64,000 bases of DNA, from assembly GCA_964533905.1 (NCBI GenBank), contig CAZHOO010000012.1:1983-65982 (forward strand), in the 5' to 3' direction. This document shows positions 28,684-38,126 of the stretch, in pieces; within the stretch, counting starts at the first letter, position 1; every line of letters starts with the position of its first letter. This DNA is from an uncultured Terracidiphilus sp. (GTDB taxonomy: Bacteria; Acidobacteriota; Terriglobia; Terriglobales; Acidobacteriaceae). Below the pieces are notes generated by a model. The model was not told the origin of the DNA. It was given only the letters and a program-made list of their open reading frames with translations, and made no database searches. A program made the translations under genes and the position numbers.

Positions 28684-28701
28684 ATTGCACTTTCGTGCTA
28701 T
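28684..28701. promoter_or_regulatory. Palindromic operator-like motif, copy 2
   Basis: identical 18-mer to 26641-26658 within otherwise divergent intergenic DNA. Confidence 0.55.
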
Positions 28702-28832
28702 GCGAAGGTGACCAGGGTACTCAACCGGCTGGAGCCTGTAAGTTAAACAAATAATTGGATAAACCGGGCAGTATCAACTTGTGGGGAGACCGCTGGCCAC
28801 CGGGTTTGCTTCGTCTTGGCAGCGCCGTTCGC

Positions 28833-28865
28833 AAAAAAGGGTACAGGCTCCTCGCCCGTACCCTT
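28833..28865 (-). terminator. Intrinsic terminator after tadG paralog C
   Basis: GGGTACGGGC..GCCTGTACCC stem followed by T6 on the minus strand. Confidence 0.8.
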
Positions 28866-28909
28866 CAAGAGTTCCTTCTACAACTCTTCTTTTCCCTCGG
28901 GAAAATGCT

Positions 28910-30565
28910 TTAAGTCGTGCCGTTGGGAATCATGCGCGGCGTGCTCAGGCCGTCCACGATCGCCTGAAAAATCTGCGCCAGGCTCGTGAAGTCTGCGTTC
29001 GCAGGGGTGAGTGCCGGGCACCCGCCCGAATTGTCGGAATAAAAGTGGTTTTGGTCGGAAGCCATGGCGGCAATCGCGTTACATGGCGTTCTGGCATAGG
29101 TACCGCTCGGCCACGCTTCTCCGCCATCCGCGGAACCGGAAGTTGTGGTATACGTCTTATCCGTTGTGCACCCGGTGGTCTCCGATCCGAAACCAATCGT
29201 ATAGACCTGTGTTCCCGCTGCGGTAGCCAATTGTGCCGCCTGAACAGCCTGCCCGCACTCGCCCAGCGCCGATGGATACGTCGGAGATTGATAGCCCGAT
29301 GGATTTGTGGCGCTCGTTCCGGTTCCATTCAGGCAGCTCCCTCCGCTGCTGCTGCAATTCGGATTATTCTCTGCAACAATTTGGCCTTTTGAATTGCAAC
29401 CGCCAGCCGCCGTGTTCGCGCCGGTTGCGCAGGCAGTCGCGTCGCCGTCACTCAAAATAATCATGACGTTTTTTGAGCCGGGGTTCGCAGTCTGCTGCGT
29501 GACAAGTGCCGCCTGCGCGGTGTAAATGACTTGTGCGTAGTATGTTCCCTGCCCGCCAGGCGCTGTAAGGCCGGTGCAGCCCGAACCGCTGGCCCCAACT
29601 GCCTCCGCCAGAGCTGACGCGACTGCAAGAGCTGACGAATCGGTCGTCTTATAGGTGTCGTTGAAGGGAATAATTTCGTACGCGCCCGCGTCCGGGCCCG
29701 TCGTCTCCATGTTCAGATTTTGGGATGACCCTGGAGTCACATTGACGAAGTTGTACGGCACGCTGGTAGCACCGAGGCCGCAGTACTGAGACTTATAGTC
29801 ATTAGCGCTAAAGGCAGCGCTGGGTGCCGGGAACACAAACAGCGCCACGTCGTCCACGTATGGCGTGCTTGAAGTGCACGTTGTGTTCTGCGCGCACGGA
29901 TCCATGTTTTCCAGCATGACTTCGAGACCCTGGACCGCACAGGAAATCTGCGACGTGGTGCAATCCTTGTCGCCCGGTATGGTGGTTTGCATGGAAGCCG
30001 TGGTATCCATGATGACGGCCAGATTGTAGGGAACATCCGATCCGCCCTTCATCGCGGCGGTCGCCGTGGCTGACAGGTTCATAGATGACATGCCAACCAG
30101 TGATCCAAACCACAGATTGACCTTCGCCGTCTGGGTCACCGTGATCGCGTTGTAACCGGCGCTGCCCCCGGGCGGAGTCTGGCACTCCACATAGAATGGC
30201 GGCTTCGACATCGTGGACGAACAAAAAAGAGTCTGCGATGAAATCTGGTCATTCGACAGCATGTTGCTGGCGTTTAACTGGCCGGTCGCCGAGCTGTATT
30301 GCTTCACCGCCGCAGTCACCTCCGCGGTGTAGGCCCCGCTCGAGCTGGTATTCGTGAGCGCATCGGACATGGCTTGCGCGCCCGCTAGCGTGGCCTCGTT
30401 TGTGGACTGCACCAACTGGCGGTAGGCGTAGTAAACATGGCCTACTTCCACCGAGCTCACAGCTAACACCAAAATTGCAGAGGCGCAGATCACGACCATC
30501 ACGGCGGATTGGCCTTGCTCACTCCTGATCAGCTTTCGTATTTGTTGCGAGAGAACCCTTAACAT
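28910..30565 (-). CDS. tadG: TadG/CpaL-like pilin-vWA protein (paralog C, most divergent)
   Basis: QG|QSAV, DTTAS, ILSDG, VYTIGFG; GGAGG RBS. Confidence 0.85.
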   Translation of the reverse strand: MLRVLSQQIRKLIRSEQGQSAVMVVICASAILVLAVSSVEVGHVYYAYRQLVQSTNEATLAGAQAMSDALTNTSSSGAYTAEVTAAVKQYSSATGQLNASNMLSNDQISSQTLFCSSTMSKPPFYVECQTPPGGSAGYNAITVTQTAKVNLWFGSLVGMSSMNLSATATAAMKGGSDVPYNLAVIMDTTASMQTTIPGDKDCTTSQISCAVQGLEVMLENMDPCAQNTTCTSSTPYVDDVALFVFPAPSAAFSANDYKSQYCGLGATSVPYNFVNVTPGSSQNLNMETTGPDAGAYEIIPFNDTYKTTDSSALAVASALAEAVGASGSGCTGLTAPGGQGTYYAQVIYTAQAALVTQQTANPGSKNVMIILSDGDATACATGANTAAGGCNSKGQIVAENNPNCSSSGGSCLNGTGTSATNPSGYQSPTYPSALGECGQAVQAAQLATAAGTQVYTIGFGSETTGCTTDKTYTTTSGSADGGEAWPSGTYARTPCNAIAAMASDQNHFYSDNSGGCPALTPANADFTSLAQIFQAIVDGLSTPRMIPNGTT

Positions 30566-30582
30566 TCGAGGCCTTCCTCCGT

Positions 30583-31101
30583 TCACATCTGTATCGCAGA
30601 CTGGCTCGACGCCAGTACACCCGCCGTGCTCGTGCCGGGATGGAAAAACGGCAGATTAGGAATCCCGAGCCAGGAGTACGTGTAACTCACAGTTAGAGTG
30701 ACGGGGTAGTTCGGTCCCATTGAAGGTGCAGTGCTGCACGAGAACGACGTCCCGCTTCCCGAGTATGAGTGCGAGGCGTCGCTAGCATCCGTCATCTTGA
30801 GAGTGTAGGAGAAATTCGCTGCCTTCCAGGTCGGGAGCGACGCGACCATCGTGGATTCTGCATAAGCGCATGGGTCGTTGCCGGGAAACAGGCCCGCATC
30901 GCTTCCGACCGCCATTGCTGTTGCAGAAGTTGCGTTCCCAAGCTGTTGCAGGTTGTACATGCCCAGCGTCAAACTTGCCGACAGGTAAATGAGCCCAAAG
31001 AGCATCGGCAGCGTCAAGGCAAATTCGAGCAGGGCCGACCCTTCTTCGCCACGCTGGCCAAACAAATTACCGATCTTTCGCAGGCCACTTTCAATCGTCA
31101 T
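30583..31101 (-). CDS. tadE: TadE-like minor pilin
   Basis: EG|SALLEFALTLP motif, VTLTVSY near the C-terminus. Confidence 0.88.
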   Translation of the reverse strand: MTIESGLRKIGNLFGQRGEEGSALLEFALTLPMLFGLIYLSASLTLGMYNLQQLGNATSATAMAVGSDAGLFPGNDPCAYAESTMVASLPTWKAANFSYTLKMTDASDASHSYSGSGTSFSCSTAPSMGPNYPVTLTVSYTYSWLGIPNLPFFHPGTSTAGVLASSQSAIQM

Positions 31102-31186
31102 CGTTCCACCTCACGGCTAAGCCGGCTTCAATCTTGCAATTCAACCGCGCCCGCCCAGGGAATTCTTTGGCGCACCGGTGCGCTCG

Positions 31187-32251
31187 TTACCCTTCCAAAG
31201 TCAATTGCGCCAGGAAGAGATCGAACTCCTCCCTGGTGGCCGCATCCAGAATCGCGGTCTTTCCGCTGCGCATGTCTCTTTCGTCAGCCAGAATGAACTG
31301 CAACCCCACTCCGTCGGGACCCCAGCGCACAGCTCGCGATTGCACAGCAATCGAACGCTCCGCCATCTCCTCGCCCCGATCGGTCTTCTGCAGCGTCATA
31401 AGAACCAGAGTGCCCGGATACCACCGCTCCTCGGTGACCACGTACAGCCCAGACGAACTGATGTCTCGAACTCCGTGCGCCACCGGCGCCGCGCCGTTCC
31501 AGTAATAGGCAGCCAGGCCCGGCTCCTTTACCCGCGGAGCCTTGCGTGGATCCGGCGACCACCAGCGATCAAACCACGACCTCAACTGGCCCTTGGCTTT
31601 GGCATTCGGGGGCGTCAGGTCCATACTGTGGGTCTTCTTTGCTTCGGGCTTGTCGTGTCCATTGCGGTCTTCGAGTTCCAGCAGTCCCGGGCCACCGCTC
31701 CACAGTGGCTTTTCGCGCAACAGCGCTGCGCCTGCAATTTGCGGCATCGGCTCCGTTTCGTCAGACTTGTTCGTCAACCTTTCCAATTGCCGCTCCATCT
31801 CTTCGGCGACACAAAGCACAAGCTGATCGCCAGACTGGGTCTGCGACGAGTAAATCGAGTGCGCCGGCAACGCCAGCACGCTCTCCGGCCTCGGGCTTGA
31901 CGAGCTCACCTGAAATGTCGGAAAGGACTCCGCCATCTCGATCACCCGGCAATCGCCGTCGAGATAAATAAGATCCAGAGGTGCCGGCATCGCCGTTGCC
32001 GCGATGCCCCGGAATGGCTTCATCCACAGTCCCTCGCCCGATTTCAGCGGCTTCTCCAGCATCAGCTCCGCGACGTGGTTCGAAGGAAGGTCGCCGGCCG
32101 TGACTTTCAAACCTAAGAAACATTCCCGAGTCTGGTTGTAGGCACAATACGTTTGCGGTTCCATCTTCGACTGGACCCCTGGCGGCAGTGCCGCGGCTCC
32201 CTTACTCCCCGATGTTCCTTTCACCGGTTCGGCTCGTTCCATCAATTCCAT
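31187..32251 (-). CDS. DUF192-PilZ fusion protein (start uncertain)
   Basis: N-half degenerate DUF192 (GEGLWMKP, PLDLIYLD, SVLALPA); C-half RKAPR (RxxxR) and DISSSG (DxSxxG), GVGLQF. Confidence 0.75.
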   Translation of the reverse strand: MELMERAEPVKGTSGSKGAAALPPGVQSKMEPQTYCAYNQTRECFLGLKVTAGDLPSNHVAELMLEKPLKSGEGLWMKPFRGIAATAMPAPLDLIYLDGDCRVIEMAESFPTFQVSSSSPRPESVLALPAHSIYSSQTQSGDQLVLCVAEEMERQLERLTNKSDETEPMPQIAGAALLREKPLWSGGPGLLELEDRNGHDKPEAKKTHSMDLTPPNAKAKGQLRSWFDRWWSPDPRKAPRVKEPGLAAYYWNGAAPVAHGVRDISSSGLYVVTEERWYPGTLVLMTLQKTDRGEEMAERSIAVQSRAVRWGPDGVGLQFILADERDMRSGKTAILDAATREEFDLFLAQLTLEG

Positions 32252-32442
32252 CTGCGGCTCCGCCCTTTCTCTTCGCCTGCAGTCAGGCCTGCGAAGGGAA
32301 CACTTCACCTGTTCCCCTTGCCCAGGCCACCTTCTCAGGCACGCCGCCTGCGCGACGTGCCAACCTGGCAACGGAAGCTTCTAACTGCAGCCGTGGCTTG
32401 AACTGGTCATTCTTCACGCCACGGCGTCTTGCCTTCCGGCTG

Positions 32443-32538
32443 TTACTTCACCCGCGTGCGGCGGCGCTGAATCAAAACCACCAGAATAACGACCGCCAAT
32501 GCCGCGGAAACAACTCTGATAATCATGGTGCTATCCAT
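32443..32538 (-). CDS. 31-aa single-TM peptide MDSTMIIRVVSAALAVVILVVLIQRRRTRVK (absent from the ORF track)
   Basis: read directly from sequence; GAAGGGG RBS, 23 nt after the tadC stop; hydrophobic helix plus basic tail. Confidence 0.7.
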   Translation of the reverse strand: MDSTMIIRVVSAALAVVILVVLIQRRRTRVK

Positions 32539-32561
32539 GCGTTTTCCCCTTCCTGCCTCAA

Positions 32562-33470
32562 TTATTTGGTCAGTGACTTGAACGAATCAGCCATCATGAT
32601 CGCGGCTGGTCCCAGTGTAACCAGAAATAGCGCAGGAAAAATAAACAGCACCAGCGGAAACACTAGCTTGACTGAGGTTTTCCCCGCCATCTCCTCGACC
32701 AATTGCACACGCTGCACACGCAGCGTGTCCGAATGGACGCGGAGCATCTTGGCAATACTTGTTCCAAACTGTTCCGTCTGCACCAGCATCGAAACCAGGT
32801 TGCGCAGACTCTCCACGCCGGTACGCTCCGACATGTTCTTCCATGCCTCTGAGCGAGCCCGTCCGGCGCGTTGTTCCAAAACCACGACTCCCAATTCGTC
32901 GCAAATCTCAGGTTGCGATGTCCTCAACTCTTCCGCGCTGCGCGCCGTCGCCTGGTCCAGGCTCAGGCCCGCTTCCATGCAAATAACCAGGAGGTCGAGA
33001 ACGTCAGGCAAGCCTCGGTTGAGCTTCTTTTGCCGTTTTTCAATGCGCTTTCCGAGCCAGAAGTCCGGCGCCAGAAATCCTCCGCCCAGTGCAATCAAGT
33101 AAACGAAAAATGGCGATAGCTCCGCTAATCCGCTCACCGCGGCGATCGCCGCCAGCGTCAGTGGAAGCAGCACTTTGCAACCGTAGAAGACCTTCATCGC
33201 GTTCTCGCCCCGGAATCCAGCCCGTTGCATTCGAATCTTGATAACCGAGACTTCCTTCTCGCTCTTCGGCATCAAATTGTCGAACTTCTTCACCACGTTG
33301 CCGATTGATGAGCCCGTATTTTGGAAAGTCTCGACCAGCGTCTTCTGCTTGCGCCGCGGATTGATGACCTGGCTGATGCGATCCAGCGCCGCCTCGCGAT
33401 AGAACATCAGCACACCGATGCTCCCGATCAGCACGAAGACAGCTACGAACGCCAGAATTGCAAAAATCAT
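32562..33470 (-). CDS. tadC: Tad platform protein TadC
   Basis: T2SSF domain LPDVLDLLVICMEAGL, EQFGTS, KLVFPLVLFIFP. Confidence 0.92.
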   Translation of the reverse strand: MIFAILAFVAVFVLIGSIGVLMFYREAALDRISQVINPRRKQKTLVETFQNTGSSIGNVVKKFDNLMPKSEKEVSVIKIRMQRAGFRGENAMKVFYGCKVLLPLTLAAIAAVSGLAELSPFFVYLIALGGGFLAPDFWLGKRIEKRQKKLNRGLPDVLDLLVICMEAGLSLDQATARSAEELRTSQPEICDELGVVVLEQRAGRARSEAWKNMSERTGVESLRNLVSMLVQTEQFGTSIAKMLRVHSDTLRVQRVQLVEEMAGKTSVKLVFPLVLFIFPALFLVTLGPAAIMMADSFKSLTK

Positions 33471-33479
33471 GACTCTTCC

Positions 33480-34445
33480 TCACACGTCGATATCGACGAT
33501 TCTCCAAATCACAAATCCGCCAACTAAGATCAGCCCGGCGGCTGCCCACATCAGATCGATGCCGATGTCGCGCTTCCAAAGAATGCTGATCATTCCGGGA
33601 TCTACAAAATAAATACCGACGCCCAAAACTACCGGCAAAAGCGTAAGAATCAATCCTGTAAAGCGCCCTTGCGCCGTATGCACCATGATCTGGCGCTTGA
33701 GGCGGAAGCGCTCGCGAATTACATACGAGGTCTTATCCAACACCTCGGCCAGGTTTCCGCCGCTCTCTTTTTGAATCAGGATCGCGGTGGTGGCGATCAT
33801 CAGATCCTGCACCGGAACCCGCGCGATCAAATTCGTCAAAGCCTCTTTCATCTCGAGGCCGTAGTTCTGTTCCTCAAAGCAGATCTTGAACTCGGTGTTC
33901 ACCGGGGGCGCGCATTCGCGCGCTACCAGCGCCATCGCCGCAAGAAGACTATGTCCCGCGCGCAGGCCGCTTACCATCAGGTCCAGCGCCTCCGGCAAAT
34001 GCTTTTCGAAAGCGCTGAAGCGCCTGTGGCGTCTAAACAGCACAAAGGCGAATGGAAGCACTCCGAGTATTCCGCCGGTCAGGAAAGCCAATAAGGTGTT
34101 GCCGGTTGTCTCCAGAAGCGCGTAGGTCGGAATGACTAAGCCGGCCGCGCAAAACAGCAGTAACCGCCCTGCGCTCCAATCCAGATCGGCTTGGCTCAAG
34201 AGCTTGCGGAGATAGGGCGTCAGCTCGAATTTCAGCAGTTTCTGGTTCAGCCACGGAATGCTGCTGAGGAGTTCGTTCTTGCGTACGTTCAGCTTTTGCG
34301 GCAGCAAATCTCGCCGGTCGACCTTGATTGCGGAATCCAGCGTGGCCAAAGCCTGCTTAGCGCTGTTGGAGGGACCCATCGCGGCCAGCGGCAGGGCAAT
34401 TAACGCGAATACGCCAACGAAAACCAAACCAATGATCAATCCCAT
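33480..34445 (-). CDS. tadB: Tad platform protein TadB
   Basis: LPEALDLMVSGLRAGH, ESGGNLAEVL, TAQGR. Confidence 0.92.
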   Translation of the reverse strand: MGLIIGLVFVGVFALIALPLAAMGPSNSAKQALATLDSAIKVDRRDLLPQKLNVRKNELLSSIPWLNQKLLKFELTPYLRKLLSQADLDWSAGRLLLFCAAGLVIPTYALLETTGNTLLAFLTGGILGVLPFAFVLFRRHRRFSAFEKHLPEALDLMVSGLRAGHSLLAAMALVARECAPPVNTEFKICFEEQNYGLEMKEALTNLIARVPVQDLMIATTAILIQKESGGNLAEVLDKTSYVIRERFRLKRQIMVHTAQGRFTGLILTLLPVVLGVGIYFVDPGMISILWKRDIGIDLMWAAAGLILVGGFVIWRIVDIDV

Positions 34446-34464
34446 TTAGCTGCCCTCCTTCCTC

Positions 34465-35745
34465 TCAGTTAACCTGCGTTTCGCGCTCGAACAGGCTGGG
34501 CGGCAGAATGATGCCCGAAACGCGCAGCCTTTCGAGAAACCGTGGACGAATCCTCGTGGGCTTGAATACTCCAATCACGCGGCCGTCCTGGCCGATGCCT
34601 TTCCGCTCGAATGTGAAGATCTCCTGCATGCTGATTACGTTCTCTTCCATTCCCGTAATCTCGGAGATATTGGTGATCTTGCGCGTGCCATCGCTCATGC
34701 GGGTTGCCTGCACCACAATCGAGATCGCCGAGGCCATCTGCTGCCGAACCGATTTCTCCGGCAGATTCATGTTGGTCATGGCCACCATCGACTCCATTCT
34801 CGACAGCGCGTCACGCGGCGTGTTTGCGTGGATCGTGGTCATCGACCCTTCGTGACCCGTATTCATGGCCTGAAGCATGTCGAACGCTTCCTCGCCACGG
34901 ACCTCGCCGATGATGATGCGGTCGGGCCGCATACGCAGGGCGTTGATCAGCAATTGCCTCTGCCGGATCGCCCCTTGTCCCTCGATGTTTGGTGGGCGCG
35001 TCTCCAGGCGCACGATGTTCTCCTGCGCCAATCTCAATTCGGCGGCGTCCTCAATCGTGACCAGCCGCTCGTTGTTCGGAATGTACTGCGACAGGATGTT
35101 CATGAACGTCGTCTTGCCGGCGCCGGTACCTCCTGAAACCAGAAGGCTGATGCGCGCCCGAACTGCAGACGACAGTACTTCCATCATCTCCGCCGAAATA
35201 CTCTTCAACTGCACTAGCTGATTCGCGGCCAGCGGGCCGGTTCCAAAGCGCCGGATCGACATCGATGGCCCGTCGAGCGCCAGCGGCGGAATCACCGCGT
35301 TGACGCGCGATCCGTCGGGCAGGCGGGCATCCACCATCGGCGAAGACTCATCCACTCTGCGGCCGACGCGCGAAACGATGCGGTCGATGATCTGCATCAG
35401 GTGCCGGTCGTCGCGAAACGTCGTATCCACCCGCTGCAGCAGTCCGCCCTTTTCAACGAACACGTGGTCTTTGTCGTTCACCAGGATGTCGGAGATCTTT
35501 GGATCTCGCAAGAGCGGCTCCAGCGGTCCAAGCCCAAACACCTCATCGAGCAGCTCGGCGTGGATCTTCTCTTGCTCGTCGAAGTTCAGCGGGACGCGCT
35601 GGTCCGACATGATCTCCTTCACCAGGCCCGAGACCGCCTGGCGCGCCTGGCTCGAGTTCACACGCGACAACTTCTCCAGATCCAGTTTCGAGATCAGAGT
35701 GCGATGAATCTCCGCTTTGTACGATTCCAAGTTCAGTATTTCCAC
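34465..35745 (-). CDS. cpaF: Tad pilus motor ATPase CpaF/TadA
   Basis: [48 protein letters not shown]. Confidence 0.96.
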   Translation of the reverse strand: MEILNLESYKAEIHRTLISKLDLEKLSRVNSSQARQAVSGLVKEIMSDQRVPLNFDEQEKIHAELLDEVFGLGPLEPLLRDPKISDILVNDKDHVFVEKGGLLQRVDTTFRDDRHLMQIIDRIVSRVGRRVDESSPMVDARLPDGSRVNAVIPPLALDGPSMSIRRFGTGPLAANQLVQLKSISAEMMEVLSSAVRARISLLVSGGTGAGKTTFMNILSQYIPNNERLVTIEDAAELRLAQENIVRLETRPPNIEGQGAIRQRQLLINALRMRPDRIIIGEVRGEEAFDMLQAMNTGHEGSMTTIHANTPRDALSRMESMVAMTNMNLPEKSVRQQMASAISIVVQATRMSDGTRKITNISEITGMEENVISMQEIFTFERKGIGQDGRVIGVFKPTRIRPRFLERLRVSGIILPPSLFERETQVN

Positions 35746-35787
35746 GTTGTACCTTCGCTCCAGTGGGAGATTAAGCTCTTGAAAACA

Positions 35788-37008
35788 TCATCCAAACAGG
35801 TTGATGAAACCCTTCTTCTTTTTGCCTGTGGTTTCGCTCTTCCCCGTTACCGCATCGACCATCTTCCGAATTTGTCGCGAAATGCCCGAATCTAATAGCA
35901 CCAGCGGCTTGGCGCTGATTTGCATGTTCCGCACCGACTCGTAGTCGTTGGGGATCTTCCAACGAGCCGCTCTGGTCAGGGCTTTGGTAATGTGCTCCTC
36001 TGAGACACCCAAAACGCGCGATTCAAATCGGTTGATAACCACCTCGAGCTGCGGCTGGGGCGCAGAAAAAAATTGCGTAATGAGCCGATTCGAATTACGA
36101 AGCTCGGGAATGCTCGCCTGCGTTACGAGATAGACCGTTGTGGCTTCCCTGTAGGCGGTCGTTCCCATCAGCTCCAGCCTCGATCCCAGGTCCACAACCA
36201 CGTTTTCGAACTCCCGGCGCGCCACCTGCAAAAGCCGGTTAATGCCTTCACTGTCAGCCTGGAATTGAATGAACCGGCCCGGAGCTGCCAACACCCATAG
36301 GCCCGAACTGTGCTTCACGAGGAGCTGTTCCAGGAACTTCGTATCCAGCCTTTCCACCTGTTGCAATGCATCAATGGCTGAAAACTCGGCGGCAATTCCA
36401 AGATTCAATGCGGCATCGCCCAGTGGCAGATCGAGATCGATCAGCAGTGTTTTCTCGCCCGACTCCTTGGCCAGCGCTACGGCAAAATTACAGGCCAGCA
36501 TCGTCGTTCCAGCGCCACCCTTGGAGCCCATGAATGCGAAGAGCTTGCCCGCCTGCTTTTTTGCCGGCCGCGTCGCCGGTCGCCGCGCCGCGGCGCGCAC
36601 CAGCGCTTCCGCCACCACGTCTGGCGAAAACGGGAGCGTCAGGAATTCGCGGGCGCCGGCGCGCATCGAGCGCACCAGCAACTCCGGATCTGGGCTCTCG
36701 GAATAAACCATCACAGTTGCCATGCCGTTGGCGCAGATTCTCTCGACCAGTTCCAGCGCAAGCTCCGCATCACCGTCCAGATCGATGAGGATCACGTCCT
36801 GGTCCTCATCCAGCGTCGAGGGAAGTTCACCCGTTCCCAACGAATAGCTCGAAAACTCGCTTACATACGCACCGGTGCATCCGTTCATCGCCTGCATTGC
36901 GTCCAGCCGGCTGTCTTCGCTCGGACTGATCACCGCGATGGAGAGATCCTCGACGCCGATAGGATCGGGAAACTGGCTCGCGGAATATGGGGAAGGATTC
37001 GTGACCAC
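35788..37008 (-). CDS. cpaE: CpaE/TadZ: atypical receiver plus MinD/ParA-like domain
   Basis: MRAGAREFL receiver, KGGAGTT deviant Walker A, IDLDL, VINR, IPND; GTG start after AAGGAG. Confidence 0.9.
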   Translation of the reverse strand: MVTNPSPYSASQFPDPIGVEDLSIAVISPSEDSRLDAMQAMNGCTGAYVSEFSSYSLGTGELPSTLDEDQDVILIDLDGDAELALELVERICANGMATVMVYSESPDPELLVRSMRAGAREFLTLPFSPDVVAEALVRAAARRPATRPAKKQAGKLFAFMGSKGGAGTTMLACNFAVALAKESGEKTLLIDLDLPLGDAALNLGIAAEFSAIDALQQVERLDTKFLEQLLVKHSSGLWVLAAPGRFIQFQADSEGINRLLQVARREFENVVVDLGSRLELMGTTAYREATTVYLVTQASIPELRNSNRLITQFFSAPQPQLEVVINRFESRVLGVSEEHITKALTRAARWKIPNDYESVRNMQISAKPLVLLDSGISRQIRKMVDAVTGKSETTGKKKKGFINLFG

Positions 37009-37122
37009 GTCTCTTTCTCTCCTTGCTGTGCGATGCGTTCGCAGATTAGGTGGCACAGACTCCCAATCCGCCGGAAGTTCATACTTGCCGTGCTTCGAGC
37101 TCGACACTGCCGTGCTCCGTGT

Positions 37123-37623
37123 TTAACGTGCGAAAAACGAGATCAGCGTTCCGATTGCAATCGCCGGCGCATACGGCATCTTGCGCCGCAGCGGATTGCT
37201 CAAAACCGCTTCTCCGCGATTCTGCGCACTGAAAACCAAATCACCGGTGTGTTGAAACAACTCCTTCAGGAATCCCCCCCAGGCGGCGAACGCTAACGCC
37301 ATCATTCCGCCCACAACGCCGGTCATCACCAGCGCCAGGATCAGTTGATATGGGCCAATCCAGGCTCCAATCGCAGCGCATAGCTTCACGTCGCCTGCGC
37401 CCATGCCCCCCATCCAGAAGAGAAATCCATAAATCAGCAGCCCGAGACCCGCTCCGCTCAAGCTCTGTACCGCGCCGTGCCAGCCGTGCAATAAAACCGA
37501 AACCGCAATTCCGCATCCAAAAAAAGGAAACACAAGCCAATTCGGAATTCGGCGGCTGCGAAGATCTGTGAAGGTCGCCACACAAAGAACCACCAACGTG
37601 GGCCACCACGCGAACGAGTGCAT
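37123..37623 (-). CDS. cpaA: Prepilin peptidase CpaA/TadV (A24)
   Basis: TDLRSRRIPN, GMGAGDVKL, MPYAPAI; AAGGAG RBS. Confidence 0.93.
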   Translation of the reverse strand: MHSFAWWPTLVVLCVATFTDLRSRRIPNWLVFPFFGCGIAVSVLLHGWHGAVQSLSGAGLGLLIYGFLFWMGGMGAGDVKLCAAIGAWIGPYQLILALVMTGVVGGMMALAFAAWGGFLKELFQHTGDLVFSAQNRGEAVLSNPLRRKMPYAPAIAIGTLISFFAR

Positions 37624-38126
37624 TGCGCCTGCTCCTTGCCCCGAAGGCATTCCGAACCACCCTGGCTCAGAGCAATTCCCGCGCCAAACTTCAGAGGCCA
37701 CGAAATCTTGTTGATTCAAAGAGATGAACCCCATTTGCCCCCCTGGGTGTGCACTGCTGTATACGCCCGGCGACGGACTCGAATCGGCTGGGTTACACTT
37801 GCGCCCCTTCACGGTGCGACGACTATCACCTGTGTAACCTATTGCTGAATCAGAAGATTACAGGCTGGGTTACGAACGTAAGCGTGGCTCGAATATATGG
37901 AAAATACGATTTTCGTTCCAGAGTCATGTGAGACAAATCTCAACCCGGCTGCTCATTTTTCTCGGCGGGGCGCCAAATCAGCCGCTTTTTTCGAAGCTTC
38001 TAAGCTGAATCCTCCCCAAACGCCATTACCAAGGTCCCTTCTTCGTAGCACGAAAGAGGAATGTTCCCTACGCCCCCGTTTGCCGATGATGAACTCACAT
38101 CGCCCTAGCTTCTAAATATCGGCGAG

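Noticed and set aside
28684-28701. 18-bp motif read as a sigma54 promoter (TAGCACGAAAGTGCA)
   Set aside because: AG instead of GG and 9-nt rather than 10-nt spacing; better explained as a palindromic operator
24647-30565. Many N-x-S/T sequons in the TadG paralogs as evidence of N-glycosylation
   Set aside because: The proteins are so Asn/Ser/Thr-rich that about this many are expected by chance; needs a statistical test
17549-37623. Absence of tadD/rcpB as a sign the pilus system is defective
   Set aside because: All visible core genes are intact, and these accessory genes may be elsewhere or not used in this lineage
38060-38090. GCCGATGA upstream of the bEBP (also GTCGATAA near 20931 and GGCGATAA near 41003) as sigma28 promoters
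   Set aside because: No properly spaced -35 element
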